A stretch of 64,000 bases of DNA from an uncultured delta proteobacterium (GTDB taxonomy: Bacteria; Myxococcota_A; Polyangia; Fen-1088). The position numbers were made by a program, and so were the translations under genes. This document shows positions 33,802 to 44,593 of the stretch, one piece after another. The stretch is from assembly GCA_963767925.1 (NCBI GenBank), contig CAVYGB010000002.1, positions 1,792,001 through 1,856,000 on the forward strand, read 5' to 3'. The notes beneath the pieces are model-generated. The model ran no database searches. It worked only from the letters and a program-made list of their open reading frames with translations, and was not told the origin of the DNA. The number at the start of each line of letters is the position of its first letter. The first letter of the stretch is position 1.

Positions 33802-33962
33802 CCCCCCCGGGAGGCGGGGCGCTTCGCTCCGCCTCCAGCGAGCCGGCGCCGGTCTGGCGCCGCCTCATCCCGGCGCAACAACCTCCAGAAAAAGAAAACG
33901 CCATCCGACGCCGCCGCCACGAGGGTGGGGAGCCGGATGGCGCTTCGCTTGTGGGGTCGGGG

Positions 33963-34262
33963 CTACCAGCGCTGGCGATCGCCGCCGCCAGAACGCCCGC
34001 CGCCGCCGCCACCGGAGCGCTCCTGCGCCTCGTTGATGCGGAGGGCGCGGCCACCGAGGTCGCGGCCGTCGAGCTGGCTGATGGCGTTCTGCGCCTCGGC
34101 GTCGCTCGACATCTCCACGAAGGCGAAGCCACGCGGCCGGCCGGTCTCGCGGTCGAGGACCACCTTCACCTCGGCGACGCTGCCCGCCTGCCCGAAGTGC
34201 TCGCGCAGGTCTACCTCGGTCGTGCCGTAGGCCATGTTCCCCACGTAAAGTCGTTTACCCAT
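33963..34262 (-). CDS. RRM-domain RNA-binding protein with Gly-rich tail
   Basis: LYVGNM (RNP2), RGFAFVEM (RNP1), GRALRINEA. Confidence 0.95.
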   Translation of the reverse strand: MGKRLYVGNMAYGTTEVDLREHFGQAGSVAEVKVVLDRETGRPRGFAFVEMSSDAEAQNAISQLDGRDLGGRALRINEAQERSGGGGGGRSGGGDRQRW

Positions 34263-34528
34263 TGATCGTTCTCCTGTTGCGTCGTTGCATTCGGCGGAAA
34301 TGCCGCCTCAGAAGCCCACGAACGTGCCGTCACCTCGGAATCGAACGAAAGCGGCACACTGCAACTGCGACGCGAAGGAACGAAGCCTGACTGAGCGATA
34401 CGAAGGAACTTCGGCCCAATCTATAACACGCCCCTCGCCCCCGGTCCAAGTCCCGATCACCCCCGAGCTGTGGCCGCCATGCCCGCGCCAAACCTCGGTT
34501 TGACGCACGCGCAGCGGAGCTCCCTCTC

Positions 34529-34797
34529 TCAGTGACCGAGCATCCAGGGGCGGGCCGGGGCGTGCGGGTGCGGGCTCCCGCGGGGGGGCGCCGGTGGGCC
34601 GTCTTCGCGGCGCTGGTGCACGATCGGTTCGGGCGGCCCCTTGCGGCGGGCGCCAGCGACCTGGCCGGCGGTCGGCGAGAGGACCGGGGGGCCGGGTCGC
34701 CGCAGCGGGGGCAGGGGGAGGGCGCCGCGCGGGCGGACATGGGTTGCCAGCCCTCGAAGGGGCCGCAGGCGGGGCACTCGTATTCGTAGAGCGGCAT
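34529..34797 (-). CDS. FmdB family zinc-ribbon protein with a frameshift in a G/C run near 34690
   Basis: MPLYEYECPACG...CPRCG in one frame; the RPWMLGH C-terminus is in another frame. Confidence 0.7.
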
Positions 34798-34806
34798 GGG
34801 CGGGGC

Positions 34807-34876
34807 TCAGACTGGCAAGATGCTCTTGTCGAAGATGGCCGTCGGCAGGGCCAGGGGAGAAGTCGAGGTCGCCCAT
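34807..34876 (-). pseudogene. Formamidase (FmdA-like) remnant
   Basis: MGDLDFS (cf. MGDLHFSQG) is fused to the C-terminal LALPTAIFD..I.P immediately upstream of fmdB. Confidence 0.5.
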
Positions 34877-34892
34877 CGAGAGGTTGGCGCCA

Positions 34893-35171
34893 GTCGCTGG
34901 TCCCGTCCTCCTGGATGATCTCGATCTTGCGCCCCAGGATGCCGCCGGTGGCGTTGATCTGCTCGATGGCCAGGCGCTCGGCCTGGATCGATCCGGTCTC
35001 GCTGATGGCCATGGTGCCGGTGGCGCTGTGGAGCTGTCCGACGACGACCTTGTCGTCGGTGACCGCGCGCCCGGTCTTGTTGACCTCGGAGGTGGCCATG
35101 GTCTCGGCCTGCGCCTGACCGGGGATCCCTGTCAGGCTCGGTCCCGGTCCCCCGAAGGAGAAGAGGGCCAC
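34893..35171 (-). pseudogene. Urea/short-chain amide ABC substrate-binding protein (UrtA/FmdD-like), 5' fragment
   Basis: VGQLHSATGTMAISE...LAIEQINA.GGILGRKIEIIQEDG.SDW, then an abrupt end. Confidence 0.75.
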
Positions 35172-35493
35172 GAAGACGAAGACGAAGACGAAGACAAGAC
35201 GAAGAGAGCGACCTGCGAAACGGCGGTGACGTGACGGTTGTGATGGTCGGGCATGTATTGGGACCTCGTGCTACGGGTCGAAGAGAAGCGCGTGTGCCGA
35301 CCGACCCGACTTTCTTGTAATTCAACGCCGGTTTCACGGGCATTGCGGGACCGTTAAAACCGGTCGTTCTCCCGGCACGACGGAACGAAGCAACGGCGAT
35401 CGCGGAACGAAACACATACGCGACCAACGTTTACGAAACGCCGATGGCCGGACGCTATGCTTGCGTCTCGAGAACGAGCCGGTGTTTCACAAC

Positions 35494-36057
35494 ATGCGCA
35501 ATGTCGATTCGAGTGTTCGCAAGAGAGCGCAATCCGAGGTCGAGGCAAACGCCCTCGCCGCTGCGGAAGATCGCCACCCCGAGACGGGCGCTCTGCCGGG
35601 CGCGCCGGGCGCCCGCTTCGCGCTGACCGCCGATCAGCAGCGCCACCTGCGCGAGGCGCTGCTCCACCTGGAGGTGGGCTCGTACCACGCGCGCCGGTTG
35701 CAGGTCGTGCTGCTGACTTCCCAGGGGCTGGCCGCCCGCGAGGTCGCCCTGCGCCTGGGCCTGAGCCGCTTTCACGTCAGCCGCATCCGCAGCCGCTTTC
35801 GCGCCGGGGGGGTGGAGGCGCTCGTGGCGCGCGGCCGGTCCGGGCGGCCCAGCAGCGTCAGCCTCCGCACGGTCACGCAGGTGCTCGACATGGCCGCCCT
35901 GCCGCCGCCGCCCGGCACGCGCCGCTGGAGCCTGCGGATGCTGGCCCGGGCCCACGGCCTGAGCCACTCGTCGGTCTACCGGATCTTGCGCGCCCACGGC
36001 GTGGCGCCCTACGCCGGCGGCCGGAGCGGTCGCGCGGGCCCAGCCGATCCGGTCTGA
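35494..36057 (+). CDS. Helix-turn-helix protein resembling the IS630 transposase N-domain, with no DDE domain
   Basis: R..VVLL...G....EVA..LGLS...V.RIR.RF..GG..AL....RSGRP...W.LR.LA...GLS.SSVYRIL, then a stop codon. Confidence 0.7.
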   Translation: MRNVDSSVRKRAQSEVEANALAAAEDRHPETGALPGAPGARFALTADQQRHLREALLHLEVGSYHARRLQVVLLTSQGLAAREVALRLGLSRFHVSRIRSRFRAGGVEALVARGRSGRPSSVSLRTVTQVLDMAALPPPPGTRRWSLRMLARAHGLSHSSVYRILRAHGVAPYAGGRSGRAGPADPV

Positions 36058-36295
36058 CCGGCCGTGTCGCGGGTCACAGGGCCCCCTCGGAGGCCCGGCG
36101 GCGCGCGCGGAACTTGGCCTGGTCCCCCCGGTCGAGGTAGGGCCATATCGGGCCCCGGCGCACGTCCCTTTCTGCGCGACGTCAAGGGGCCCTGCGCCGT
36201 CCCTTTGCCCCCGAAAGCCCCCGGTGAAAACGCCCCCCGCCGCTCAGCACCCGCGTCCGCGCGACCGATGGTTGGTTCCGGGTATTCTCGAGAAG

Positions 36296-37699
36296 ATGCC
36301 GAAAGGCGTTCGTTACCGCGTCCTCTCCAAGATCGCCCACGGCGGGATGGCGGAGATCTTTCTCGCCCTGCAAGGGGGCGCGGAGGGGTTCCAGAAGCCG
36401 GTGGTGCTCAAGCGCATCCTGCCCACCCTGGCCGCCGATCCGACCTTCGTGCGCATGCTTGTCGACGAGGCCCACATCGCCTCGAGCCTGAACCACAGCA
36501 ACCTGGTGCAGGTGCTCGACCTGGGGAAGTCCAACGACCAGTACTTCCTGGTCCTCGAGTTCGTCGACGGCTGGAGCCTCGAGCAGGTGCGCCGGCGGGC
36601 CCTCAAGGCCCGGGTGAAGATCCCCTTGCCGCTGGCCCTCTACGTCGTGTCGGCGCTGTGCCGCGCCCTGGCCTACGTCCACACCCGGTCGCGCGACGGC
36701 AAGCCGCTCGGCATCGTCCACCGCGACGTCACCCCCCAGAACGTTCTGCTGAGCCGCGAGGGGGAGGTCAAGCTGGCCGACTTCGGCATCGCCAAGGCGG
36801 TGGGCCGGCGCGAGCGCTCGGTCACCGGGGTCATCAAGGGCAAGTTCGCGTACATGTCGCCCGAGCAGGCGACCGGCACCGAGCTCGACGGGCGCTCGGA
36901 CCTGTTCTCCGTCGGGACGCTGCTCTACCTGCTCACCACCGGCAAGAAGCCCTTCGAGGGGGCCACCGACCTCGACGTCTTGATGCTGGTGCGCAGGGGC
37001 AAATACGAGAAGCCGTCGACCCTGATCAAGGACTTCAACCCGGAGGTCGAGCGCTTCATCGCCCGGGCCATGCGCGCCGACCTGGCCCGGCGCTGGCAGA
37101 GCGCCGAGCAGATGGCCGACAAGCTCGACGGCATCCTCGTCAAGCTCGGGCAGCCGGGCGGGCCGGCTGCGGTCAAGCGCTGGCTGGAGACGCTGTCGGC
37201 CAAGGACGGGGTCAAGGCGCCGGCGGAGATCCAGGAGGCCACCCACAAGAGCGGCACCATCGAGCTCGGCAGCGGCGACTTCGAGCTGCACGACGTGGCC
37301 CCGCCGCCGCCCAGCCTCGAGGACGAGGTGGAGCGGCGGCCGCCGGCGCGGGCCGGGTCGCGCGCGGGGACCGGGCGGTCGGTGCGGGCACCGGCGCCGG
37401 CGCCACGCGACGATGCGCCGACCCGGCTGGAGCCGCCGGCCCTGCCGGTGGTGACCTTTGCCCCGGGCGGGGCAGGGGCCGCGCCCGGCGTGCTGGCCCG
37501 CTTCGGACGCTGGCTGCGGCGGCTGATCCTGCGGACGGTGCTGGCGGCGGTGCTGGTCGGGGGCATCGTCGGCGTGGGCGGCTACTACGCGCGCCCGTAC
37601 CTGCCGACCTGGATGGTCGAGCCGGTGGAGACCTGGATCCGCCAGCTCCCACCCCCCCTCGGCGAGGGAGCACAGTCCCCACCGCCCACGGGCCGCTGA
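36296..37699 (+). CDS. Membrane-anchored Ser/Thr protein kinase
   Basis: GGMAEIF, VVLKRI, HRDVTPQN, DFG and YMSPEQ motifs; C-terminal TM segment. Confidence 0.95.
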   Translation: MPKGVRYRVLSKIAHGGMAEIFLALQGGAEGFQKPVVLKRILPTLAADPTFVRMLVDEAHIASSLNHSNLVQVLDLGKSNDQYFLVLEFVDGWSLEQVRRRALKARVKIPLPLALYVVSALCRALAYVHTRSRDGKPLGIVHRDVTPQNVLLSREGEVKLADFGIAKAVGRRERSVTGVIKGKFAYMSPEQATGTELDGRSDLFSVGTLLYLLTTGKKPFEGATDLDVLMLVRRGKYEKPSTLIKDFNPEVERFIARAMRADLARRWQSAEQMADKLDGILVKLGQPGGPAAVKRWLETLSAKDGVKAPAEIQEATHKSGTIELGSGDFELHDVAPPPPSLEDEVERRPPARAGSRAGTGRSVRAPAPAPRDDAPTRLEPPALPVVTFAPGGAGAAPGVLARFGRWLRRLILRTVLAAVLVGGIVGVGGYYARPYLPTWMVEPVETWIRQLPPPLGEGAQSPPPTGR

Positions 37700-37825
37700 C
37701 CGCCATCGCTTCGCGAAGGGCACCCACCGGGAGACCCTCCCGCCTGGCTCCTGATCCTCCGTCCCCCGGGCAGGTTTCGGCGGAGGAGGGGAGGGCGCGC
37801 GAGGCGCCCTCCTGCCGGACTCGCG

Positions 37826-38380
37826 TCAGTTCTTGGCGCCGGTGGGACCGCGGGTCGTGGCGGGCCAGATGCCGGCCAGCCAGCGGTCGGTCTCGGAGAC
37901 CTCGGACTCGGTAGGGATGGGCGTGGGGGTGGCGACGGGCATGCGGTTGACGGCGTTCAGGGTCTGCAGCGCGGGCATGATCTGCTCGACCTGCCAGTTG
38001 GCGTGTTCGGCCTGGTTGATGGCGTGCTGGAGCGAGGCCACCGACTGCCGCACGCAGTTCTCGAGCTGGCGCAGGGCCGTGGCGCTCTGGCAGGCGATCT
38101 CCCCGAGCTGCATGATGAGCGACAGGAAGGCCCGCCCGGGCGCGCCCGCGCGCACCACCTCGCCCGCTCCGCTGAGAGTCATGTCCGACAGCCGATCGGC
38201 GAGCGGCTTGAGCGAAGCCGTCACCTCGCCGATGCGGGTGAGCATCTGCTGGAGGGTGACGAGCCCCTGCCGGGCGTCCTCCAGTCGCTGGCGCGCCTTC
38301 TCGGCCGCTGCCACAGCGTCCGTTTCGAGGTCGCGAGCGTCGCTCACCACGTACGTGTCGGAAGATCTGCCGTTGGACAT
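37826..38380 (-). CDS. Soluble coiled-coil protein with a degenerate chemoreceptor (MCP) signalling-hairpin-like segment
   Basis: LADRLSDMTLSGAGEVVRAGAPGRAFLSL aligns by eye with IA.QTNLLALNAAIEAARAGE.GRGFAVV; GAGGAG RBS. Confidence 0.6.
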   Translation of the reverse strand: MSNGRSSDTYVVSDARDLETDAVAAAEKARQRLEDARQGLVTLQQMLTRIGEVTASLKPLADRLSDMTLSGAGEVVRAGAPGRAFLSLIMQLGEIACQSATALRQLENCVRQSVASLQHAINQAEHANWQVEQIMPALQTLNAVNRMPVATPTPIPTESEVSETDRWLAGIWPATTRGPTGAKN

Positions 38381-38441
38381 CGGGGCTCCTCGGGGGTCAC
38401 CCCCCTTATGATGCGTCCTGACATTTAAGTAGGATAACTGA

Positions 38442-38455
38442 GTATTAGGTAATAC
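38442..38455. promoter_or_regulatory. Palindromic operator-like site in an AT-rich patch
   Basis: GTATTA-GG-TAATAC perfect inverted repeat, about 60 bp upstream of the ATG at 38380. Confidence 0.45.
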
Positions 38456-39156
38456 AAATTCATATGTGAGAAAACCCGGACAGTCAACCACATGCCCGCA
38501 ACTCCCCGTACCCCTTGATCCCCCTCACATCCCCTGCAATTCTCGGCCCTCAGCCCTCACCTCACCGCCGCTGCGCCCACCCGCCAGAGTGCCCAAAACC
38601 GCCCCTCCGCGCCGCCGCTCTTTCCCCCTCGAGCGGCGCGCCACCCGCTCCCCATCCCCTGACCGCGCGCGACGCCCAGGGTCGCGCCCCGCGCGCGCGC
38701 CGGCCCCCCGGCCGCGCCGCGTGGTCCCACACCTCCGAACATGGGACCGATCCACCCCCCGGGGCCTGGCCCCCGCCAGCCCTGGGGCCCGAACCAGAGC
38801 GCTCCCGGCGCCGCCCCCGCGCCGATGCGAGCAATGCCGGTCCCCTCTCACCGCAGGACGCCCTGCCATCACCGCCGGGTGAGGGGCCTCCGGCGTGGCA
38901 GCCGCCCCTCACCCTTCCCTGCTATGGAAATGGCGCCGTAACCGCTCGAGATCACTGATCTCACCATTTCCGTCAGTGGGGGTGAGGCCGTCTCCGGCGT
39001 CACGAGGACTCTCCCCACGTCCGCAGACGGCCGCGGGAGAGGGCAATCATGGAAGCGGGTTGCAGGACTGAACGGCGCGGGGCTCGCCCCTCGGCTCGCG
39101 GGAGTGGCTGGCTTCTCCGGCGAGCGCCGGGCTTGCGGTCCGCGACAGGGCCCGGC

Positions 39157-39459
39157 TCAGCTACCGGGATCGCCCGCGAGCGCGTCCGCCAGGTACGCCG
39201 CCTCGTTCGCCCGCATCCGGGCCTCCTCGCGCAACCGGTCGGTCGTGCTGGCCTTCTCGGCCGTCGCGTCCCACAGCCGGTGACGTTCCTGGCAAACCGT
39301 CACGCAGGCGTCCCGCTCGAGCTGGATCGCCGTTCGCAGCGCTCGATCGATCGCGCGGATCAGATCGCGCCGCATCGCGGACGTGTACGCACCAGCGTTA
39401 CCGGCAGCCGCCTGCTCGACGGCCGCCCGCGCCAGCACCTCCGGATGAAGCTTTTCCAT
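39157..39459 (-). CDS. Hypothetical helical protein
   Basis: 100-aa ORF with coding-like composition. Confidence 0.5.
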   Translation of the reverse strand: MEKLHPEVLARAAVEQAAAGNAGAYTSAMRRDLIRAIDRALRTAIQLERDACVTVCQERHRLWDATAEKASTTDRLREEARMRANEAAYLADALAGDPGS

Positions 39460-39471
39460 GACCGCCCAAGC

Positions 39472-39796
39472 CTAGTCCCCTGGAGAGGTGATTTCTTGCA
39501 TATCTCGGCGGTCCTCTTCGTCCCTGGCTGCGTTGCTCGTCGGTTAAATACGCCAGGTATTCGCCCTCCTCGCGCCTTGCCAGGAACGAAGATGCCTCGC
39601 CGACATATGCAAGACTTCCCCTTTCCAGGGGACTAGCCCCCTGGAGAGGTGATTTCTTGCATATCTCGGCGGTCCTCTTCGTCCCTGGCTGCGTTGCTCG
39701 TCGGTTAAATACGCCCGGTATTCGCCCTCCTCGCGCCTTGCCAGGAACGAAGATGCCTCGCCGACATATGCAAGACTTCACCTTTCCAGGGACTAG
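39472..39796. mobile_element. Two tandem MITE-like elements (about 160 bp each) bounded by shared CTAG
   Basis: About 30-bp imperfect TIRs (CTAGTCCCCTGGAGAGGTGATTTCTTGCATAT and ATATGCAAGACTTCCCCTTTCCAGGGGACTAG). CTAG occurs at 39472, 39633 and 39793. Confidence 0.85.
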
Positions 39797-39900
39797 CAGC
39801 CAGACCGTGTTTCGCCGATTGGAACTGCCTTCTGTAGTCAGTGCTACCGACCGGCGGCATTATCTGAGATCCCGCTGGAATCTCGAGACACTTCCAGCAC

Positions 39901-40857
39901 ATGCGTAATCTCATGATCTCGATGCTCGCCTGTGGCGCCCTGCTCGGCGGCGCCTGCGGCGAGTCCGGTGACAGCACGGGCACGGGCGGCACCGGCGGGG
40001 CCACCGCCGGCACGGGTGGCCGTGGCGGCAGCGGCGGCGCGGGCGGCAGCGGCGGCTCGGCCACCGGCGGCTCGGGCGGCTCGGCCACCGGCGGAGCCGG
40101 CGGCAGCGGCGGTCGCACGCCCGACGCCCGCGGCCCCGACGGTCGCCAGCCCGATGGCAGCCGGGGGGACGTCCGCCCGGGTGACGTTCGCCCGTCCGAC
40201 GGAGGCGGCGCCGACTCCGGCGCGGCGGCGATCCCCCCCGTGGAGGGAGCACCCTGCCCCCGCTGCGTCCGCATCTTCGACGGCAAGACCTTCGCGGGCT
40301 GGGACACCGGCGGCAACTCGTGGACCATCACCGCCGACGGCGCCTTGCGCGGCAGCGGTGGCACCTCGCGCGCCGCTTACACCAAGGCGGACTACGGCAA
40401 CGTCCGCCTCATCGTCACGTCCCGCATGAACCCCATCAACGGCGACCACCTGGGGGTCCTGTTCTGGGGCAAGCGCCCGACCCGCATCGAGCGCCCCGAG
40501 ATCGACAACAACGGCTGGCTGCAGTGGATGCCCCCCAACGGCAACATGTGGAGCTACCAGCCGCCCATGCACCACAACATCAGCGGCATGCGCCTGGCCC
40601 AGGGCCCCGGCAACATCACCGCCTGGCACACCTCGGAGATCCTCCTCAACATCGACAAGGGCACCCTGCGCGCCGCCACCGACGGCGTGGAGCTCACCCG
40701 CTACACCCACCCCTGGCCCAGCCGCTCGATGGACGCCGACCTGCGCCTGTACAAGGGCCCCCTCGCCATGATGAAACACGGCGGCGGCGGCTCCGAATAC
40801 AAGGACATCTGGGTCGAGGCCGACCCGACCGAGGACAAGCTCTACACCGTCCGCTGA
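39901..40857 (+). CDS. DUF1080 (3-keto-disaccharide hydrolase-like) lipoprotein
   Basis: Lipobox GGAC, Gly-rich linker, IFDGKTFAGW...W.I..DG.L, and GPLA..KH......YKDIWVE. Confidence 0.75.
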   Translation: MRNLMISMLACGALLGGACGESGDSTGTGGTGGATAGTGGRGGSGGAGGSGGSATGGSGGSATGGAGGSGGRTPDARGPDGRQPDGSRGDVRPGDVRPSDGGGADSGAAAIPPVEGAPCPRCVRIFDGKTFAGWDTGGNSWTITADGALRGSGGTSRAAYTKADYGNVRLIVTSRMNPINGDHLGVLFWGKRPTRIERPEIDNNGWLQWMPPNGNMWSYQPPMHHNISGMRLAQGPGNITAWHTSEILLNIDKGTLRAATDGVELTRYTHPWPSRSMDADLRLYKGPLAMMKHGGGGSEYKDIWVEADPTEDKLYTVR

Positions 40858-40912
40858 GCGGATCGCTCGATCCGGACCGGGTCCCCGCCGACCCGGCTCC
40901 GGATCCGGCGGG

Positions 40913-42379
<1,467 letters not shown>

Positions 42380-42500
42380 CCCCGGAGTTTAGCCCCGACC
42401 CGGCCCCGCGGACACCCGGGGCTGAGGCTGGCGGTCCGGAGCGCCTTCGCCCCGACCACCCGGCCAGCCTCCCCCGACGGGCGTCCTGCGGCCGGTGTGG

Positions 42501-43817
42501 CTACTTGCCGGTGTAGCTGACCCGCCAGATTGACTTCGAGCCGTCGTCGCTGACCAGCAGCGAGCCGTCGGGCGCGGTGGTCACGCCCACCGGGCGGCCC
42601 CAGACGTCCCCCTTGGCGGTCACGAAGCCGGTGAGGAAGTCCTCGTATTTGCCGCTGGAGGTGGTCTTGCCGTCCATCGGCACGCGGATGACCTGGTAGC
42701 CGGTGCGGGTCGCGCGGTTCCAGGAGCCGTGCTGGGCGGCGAAGATGTCGCCCCGGTAGGCGGCGGGGAACTGCTTGCCCTCGTAGAACATGAGCTGCAG
42801 CGAGGCGTTGTGCGGCTGGATGAGCACGTCGGGCACGATCACCTTGTCCTTGAGCTCGGGGTGCTTGCCGGCGTGGCGGGGGTCCTGGTTGCCGCCGATG
42901 TAGAACCAGGGCCAGCCGTAGAAGCCGCCGTCCTTGACCCGGGTGATGTATTCGGGGACCAGGTTGTCGCCGAGGCGATCCCGCTCGTTGACCGAGGTCC
43001 ACAGGTCGCCGCTGCGGGGGTGCACCGCGATGCCGACCGGGTTGCGGATGCCCGAGGCGAACACGCGCAGGCCGCTGCCGTCGGGGTTCAGCTCGAGCAC
43101 GCAGGCCCGGTGGTGCTCGTCGGGGTTGTTGTCGGTGTCGTCGTTGTTGGACTTGGACCCCACCGAGACGAACATCTTCTTGCCGTCGAGGGAGAAGGCC
43201 ACGTCGCGGGTCCAGTGGCCGCCGCCGCGCAGGCGGCCGCCGCCCGGGATCTTGTCGCTGATCAGCTCGGGCTTGCCGCGGGCGACCAGGTCCCCGCTCT
43301 TGTAGGGGAAGCGCACCACCGAGTCGGTGTTGGCCACGTAGATCCAGCTCGGCTCGCCCTTGGGCGGGTAAAACGCGATGCCGAAGGGCTGCTTGAGGCC
43401 CTCGGCGAACACCGAGGCCTGCTTGGCCTTGCCGTCGGGGCCGACCCCGCGGAACACGCGGATCTTGTCGGCGCGGCTCTCGGCCAGGAAGAAGTCACCG
43501 TTGGGGGCCGTGCGGATGAGGCGCGGGTTCTCCAGCCCGTCGGCGAACAGCTCGACCTTGAACCCCTTGGGGGCCTGGGGCCAGGCGTCCTTGGGCCGGT
43601 CGACCAGGTCGGGGCCGTTGTCGACCGATTCGGTCGCGCCCGGCGGCGGCAGGTCGCTCGCCTTGATGTGGTGGACGACGCCCGGCCGCTGCGACCGATA
43701 GTCGGAGAACGGGCTCGGCTTGTCGGCGGCGGTGGCGACGACGGCCAGCCCGGGAACCAGCAGCGCCCCGCCCGTGGCGATGGCGGCTGCCCAGGATGTG
43801 CGAAGGGTGGGTTTCAC
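42501..43817 (-). CDS. Sorbosone dehydrogenase family (PQQ-type beta-propeller) secreted protein
   Basis: P.GFKVELFA.GL.NPR, GIRNPVG, VNERD.LGDNLVP, HGSWNR and GRPVGV motifs. Confidence 0.9.
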   Translation of the reverse strand: MKPTLRTSWAAAIATGGALLVPGLAVVATAADKPSPFSDYRSQRPGVVHHIKASDLPPPGATESVDNGPDLVDRPKDAWPQAPKGFKVELFADGLENPRLIRTAPNGDFFLAESRADKIRVFRGVGPDGKAKQASVFAEGLKQPFGIAFYPPKGEPSWIYVANTDSVVRFPYKSGDLVARGKPELISDKIPGGGRLRGGGHWTRDVAFSLDGKKMFVSVGSKSNNDDTDNNPDEHHRACVLELNPDGSGLRVFASGIRNPVGIAVHPRSGDLWTSVNERDRLGDNLVPEYITRVKDGGFYGWPWFYIGGNQDPRHAGKHPELKDKVIVPDVLIQPHNASLQLMFYEGKQFPAAYRGDIFAAQHGSWNRATRTGYQVIRVPMDGKTTSSGKYEDFLTGFVTAKGDVWGRPVGVTTAPDGSLLVSDDGSKSIWRVSYTGK

Positions 43818-44002
43818 AGGGCGGCATTCTAGGGCGTGTCCGTCGCGGATCGATCCTGATTTGCCGCTGTCAGTAACCGGTAAAAACCCCCGCCCGCCTG
43901 AACGCTGGCGACGGTGCCACGTCACGGGTGCGCCGGCAGGCCCGACCGACGCTGCACAGCGCAAAGAGGGGGGGCGGGGCCTGGAAAAAAAACCAGCGGC
44001 CC

Positions 44003-44030
44003 TGTCGATCTCGCCCGGGTCCATTTGACG
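44003..44030 (+). promoter_or_regulatory. Possible ECF42-type promoter upstream of the DGPF/YciI gene
   Basis: TGTCGA-17 bp-TGAC resembles the TGTCGA...CGA/TC motif known upstream of DGPF genes. Confidence 0.4.
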
Positions 44031-44103
44031 TCAAGGTGAAGGGGCGGCCCGGGAGGCCGCCCGCAACCGCGAGCCGCGAACCCCCAAACGAGGAGAAGAC
44101 GAC

Positions 44104-44454
44104 ATGAAGTTCCTGGCCATCTACCGCCCCGGCACCCCCGAGACCGATCGCCCCCCCACCCAGCAGGAGATGGACGACATGGGCAAGCTGATCGGCGACA
44201 TGACCAAGGCGGGCGTGCTGCTGGCGAGCGAGGGCTGCGCCCCCAGCGCCAAGGGGGCGCGCGTGCGCATCGAAAACGGCAAGATGACCGTCACCGACGG
44301 CCCCTTCCCCGAGACCAGGGAGCTGATCGCCGGGTTCTGCCTGATGCAGGTCCACTCCAAGGCCGAGGCCGTCGAGTGGAGCAGGCGCTTCCTGGCGGTG
44401 GTCGGCGTCGGCGAGAGTGAGATCCGCCAGATCAGCGAGTTCCCCGAGCCCTGA
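44104..44454 (+). CDS. YciI/DGPF family protein
   Basis: TVTDGPFPETRELIAGF...S.AEAVEW motif; GAGGAG RBS. Confidence 0.9.
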   Translation: MKFLAIYRPGTPETDRPPTQQEMDDMGKLIGDMTKAGVLLASEGCAPSAKGARVRIENGKMTVTDGPFPETRELIAGFCLMQVHSKAEAVEWSRRFLAVVGVGESEIRQISEFPEP

Positions 44455-44593
44455 GCGGCGTCGGCCCGCAACCCGCCCGAGCGGGCGGCCTGCGCCCGCC
44501 CCGCGGCCCCCACTGGCAAGCCGATCGTCGGTCCCCGCTGCCCGTTCGCCCTCGCCCCGCGGCCGCGGGGAGAGGGAGGGTGAGGGCCTCCGG

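Noticed and set aside
35445..35465. Sigma54 promoter TGGC...TGC
   Set aside because: The GG-to-GC spacing is one base off the strict -24/-12 requirement.
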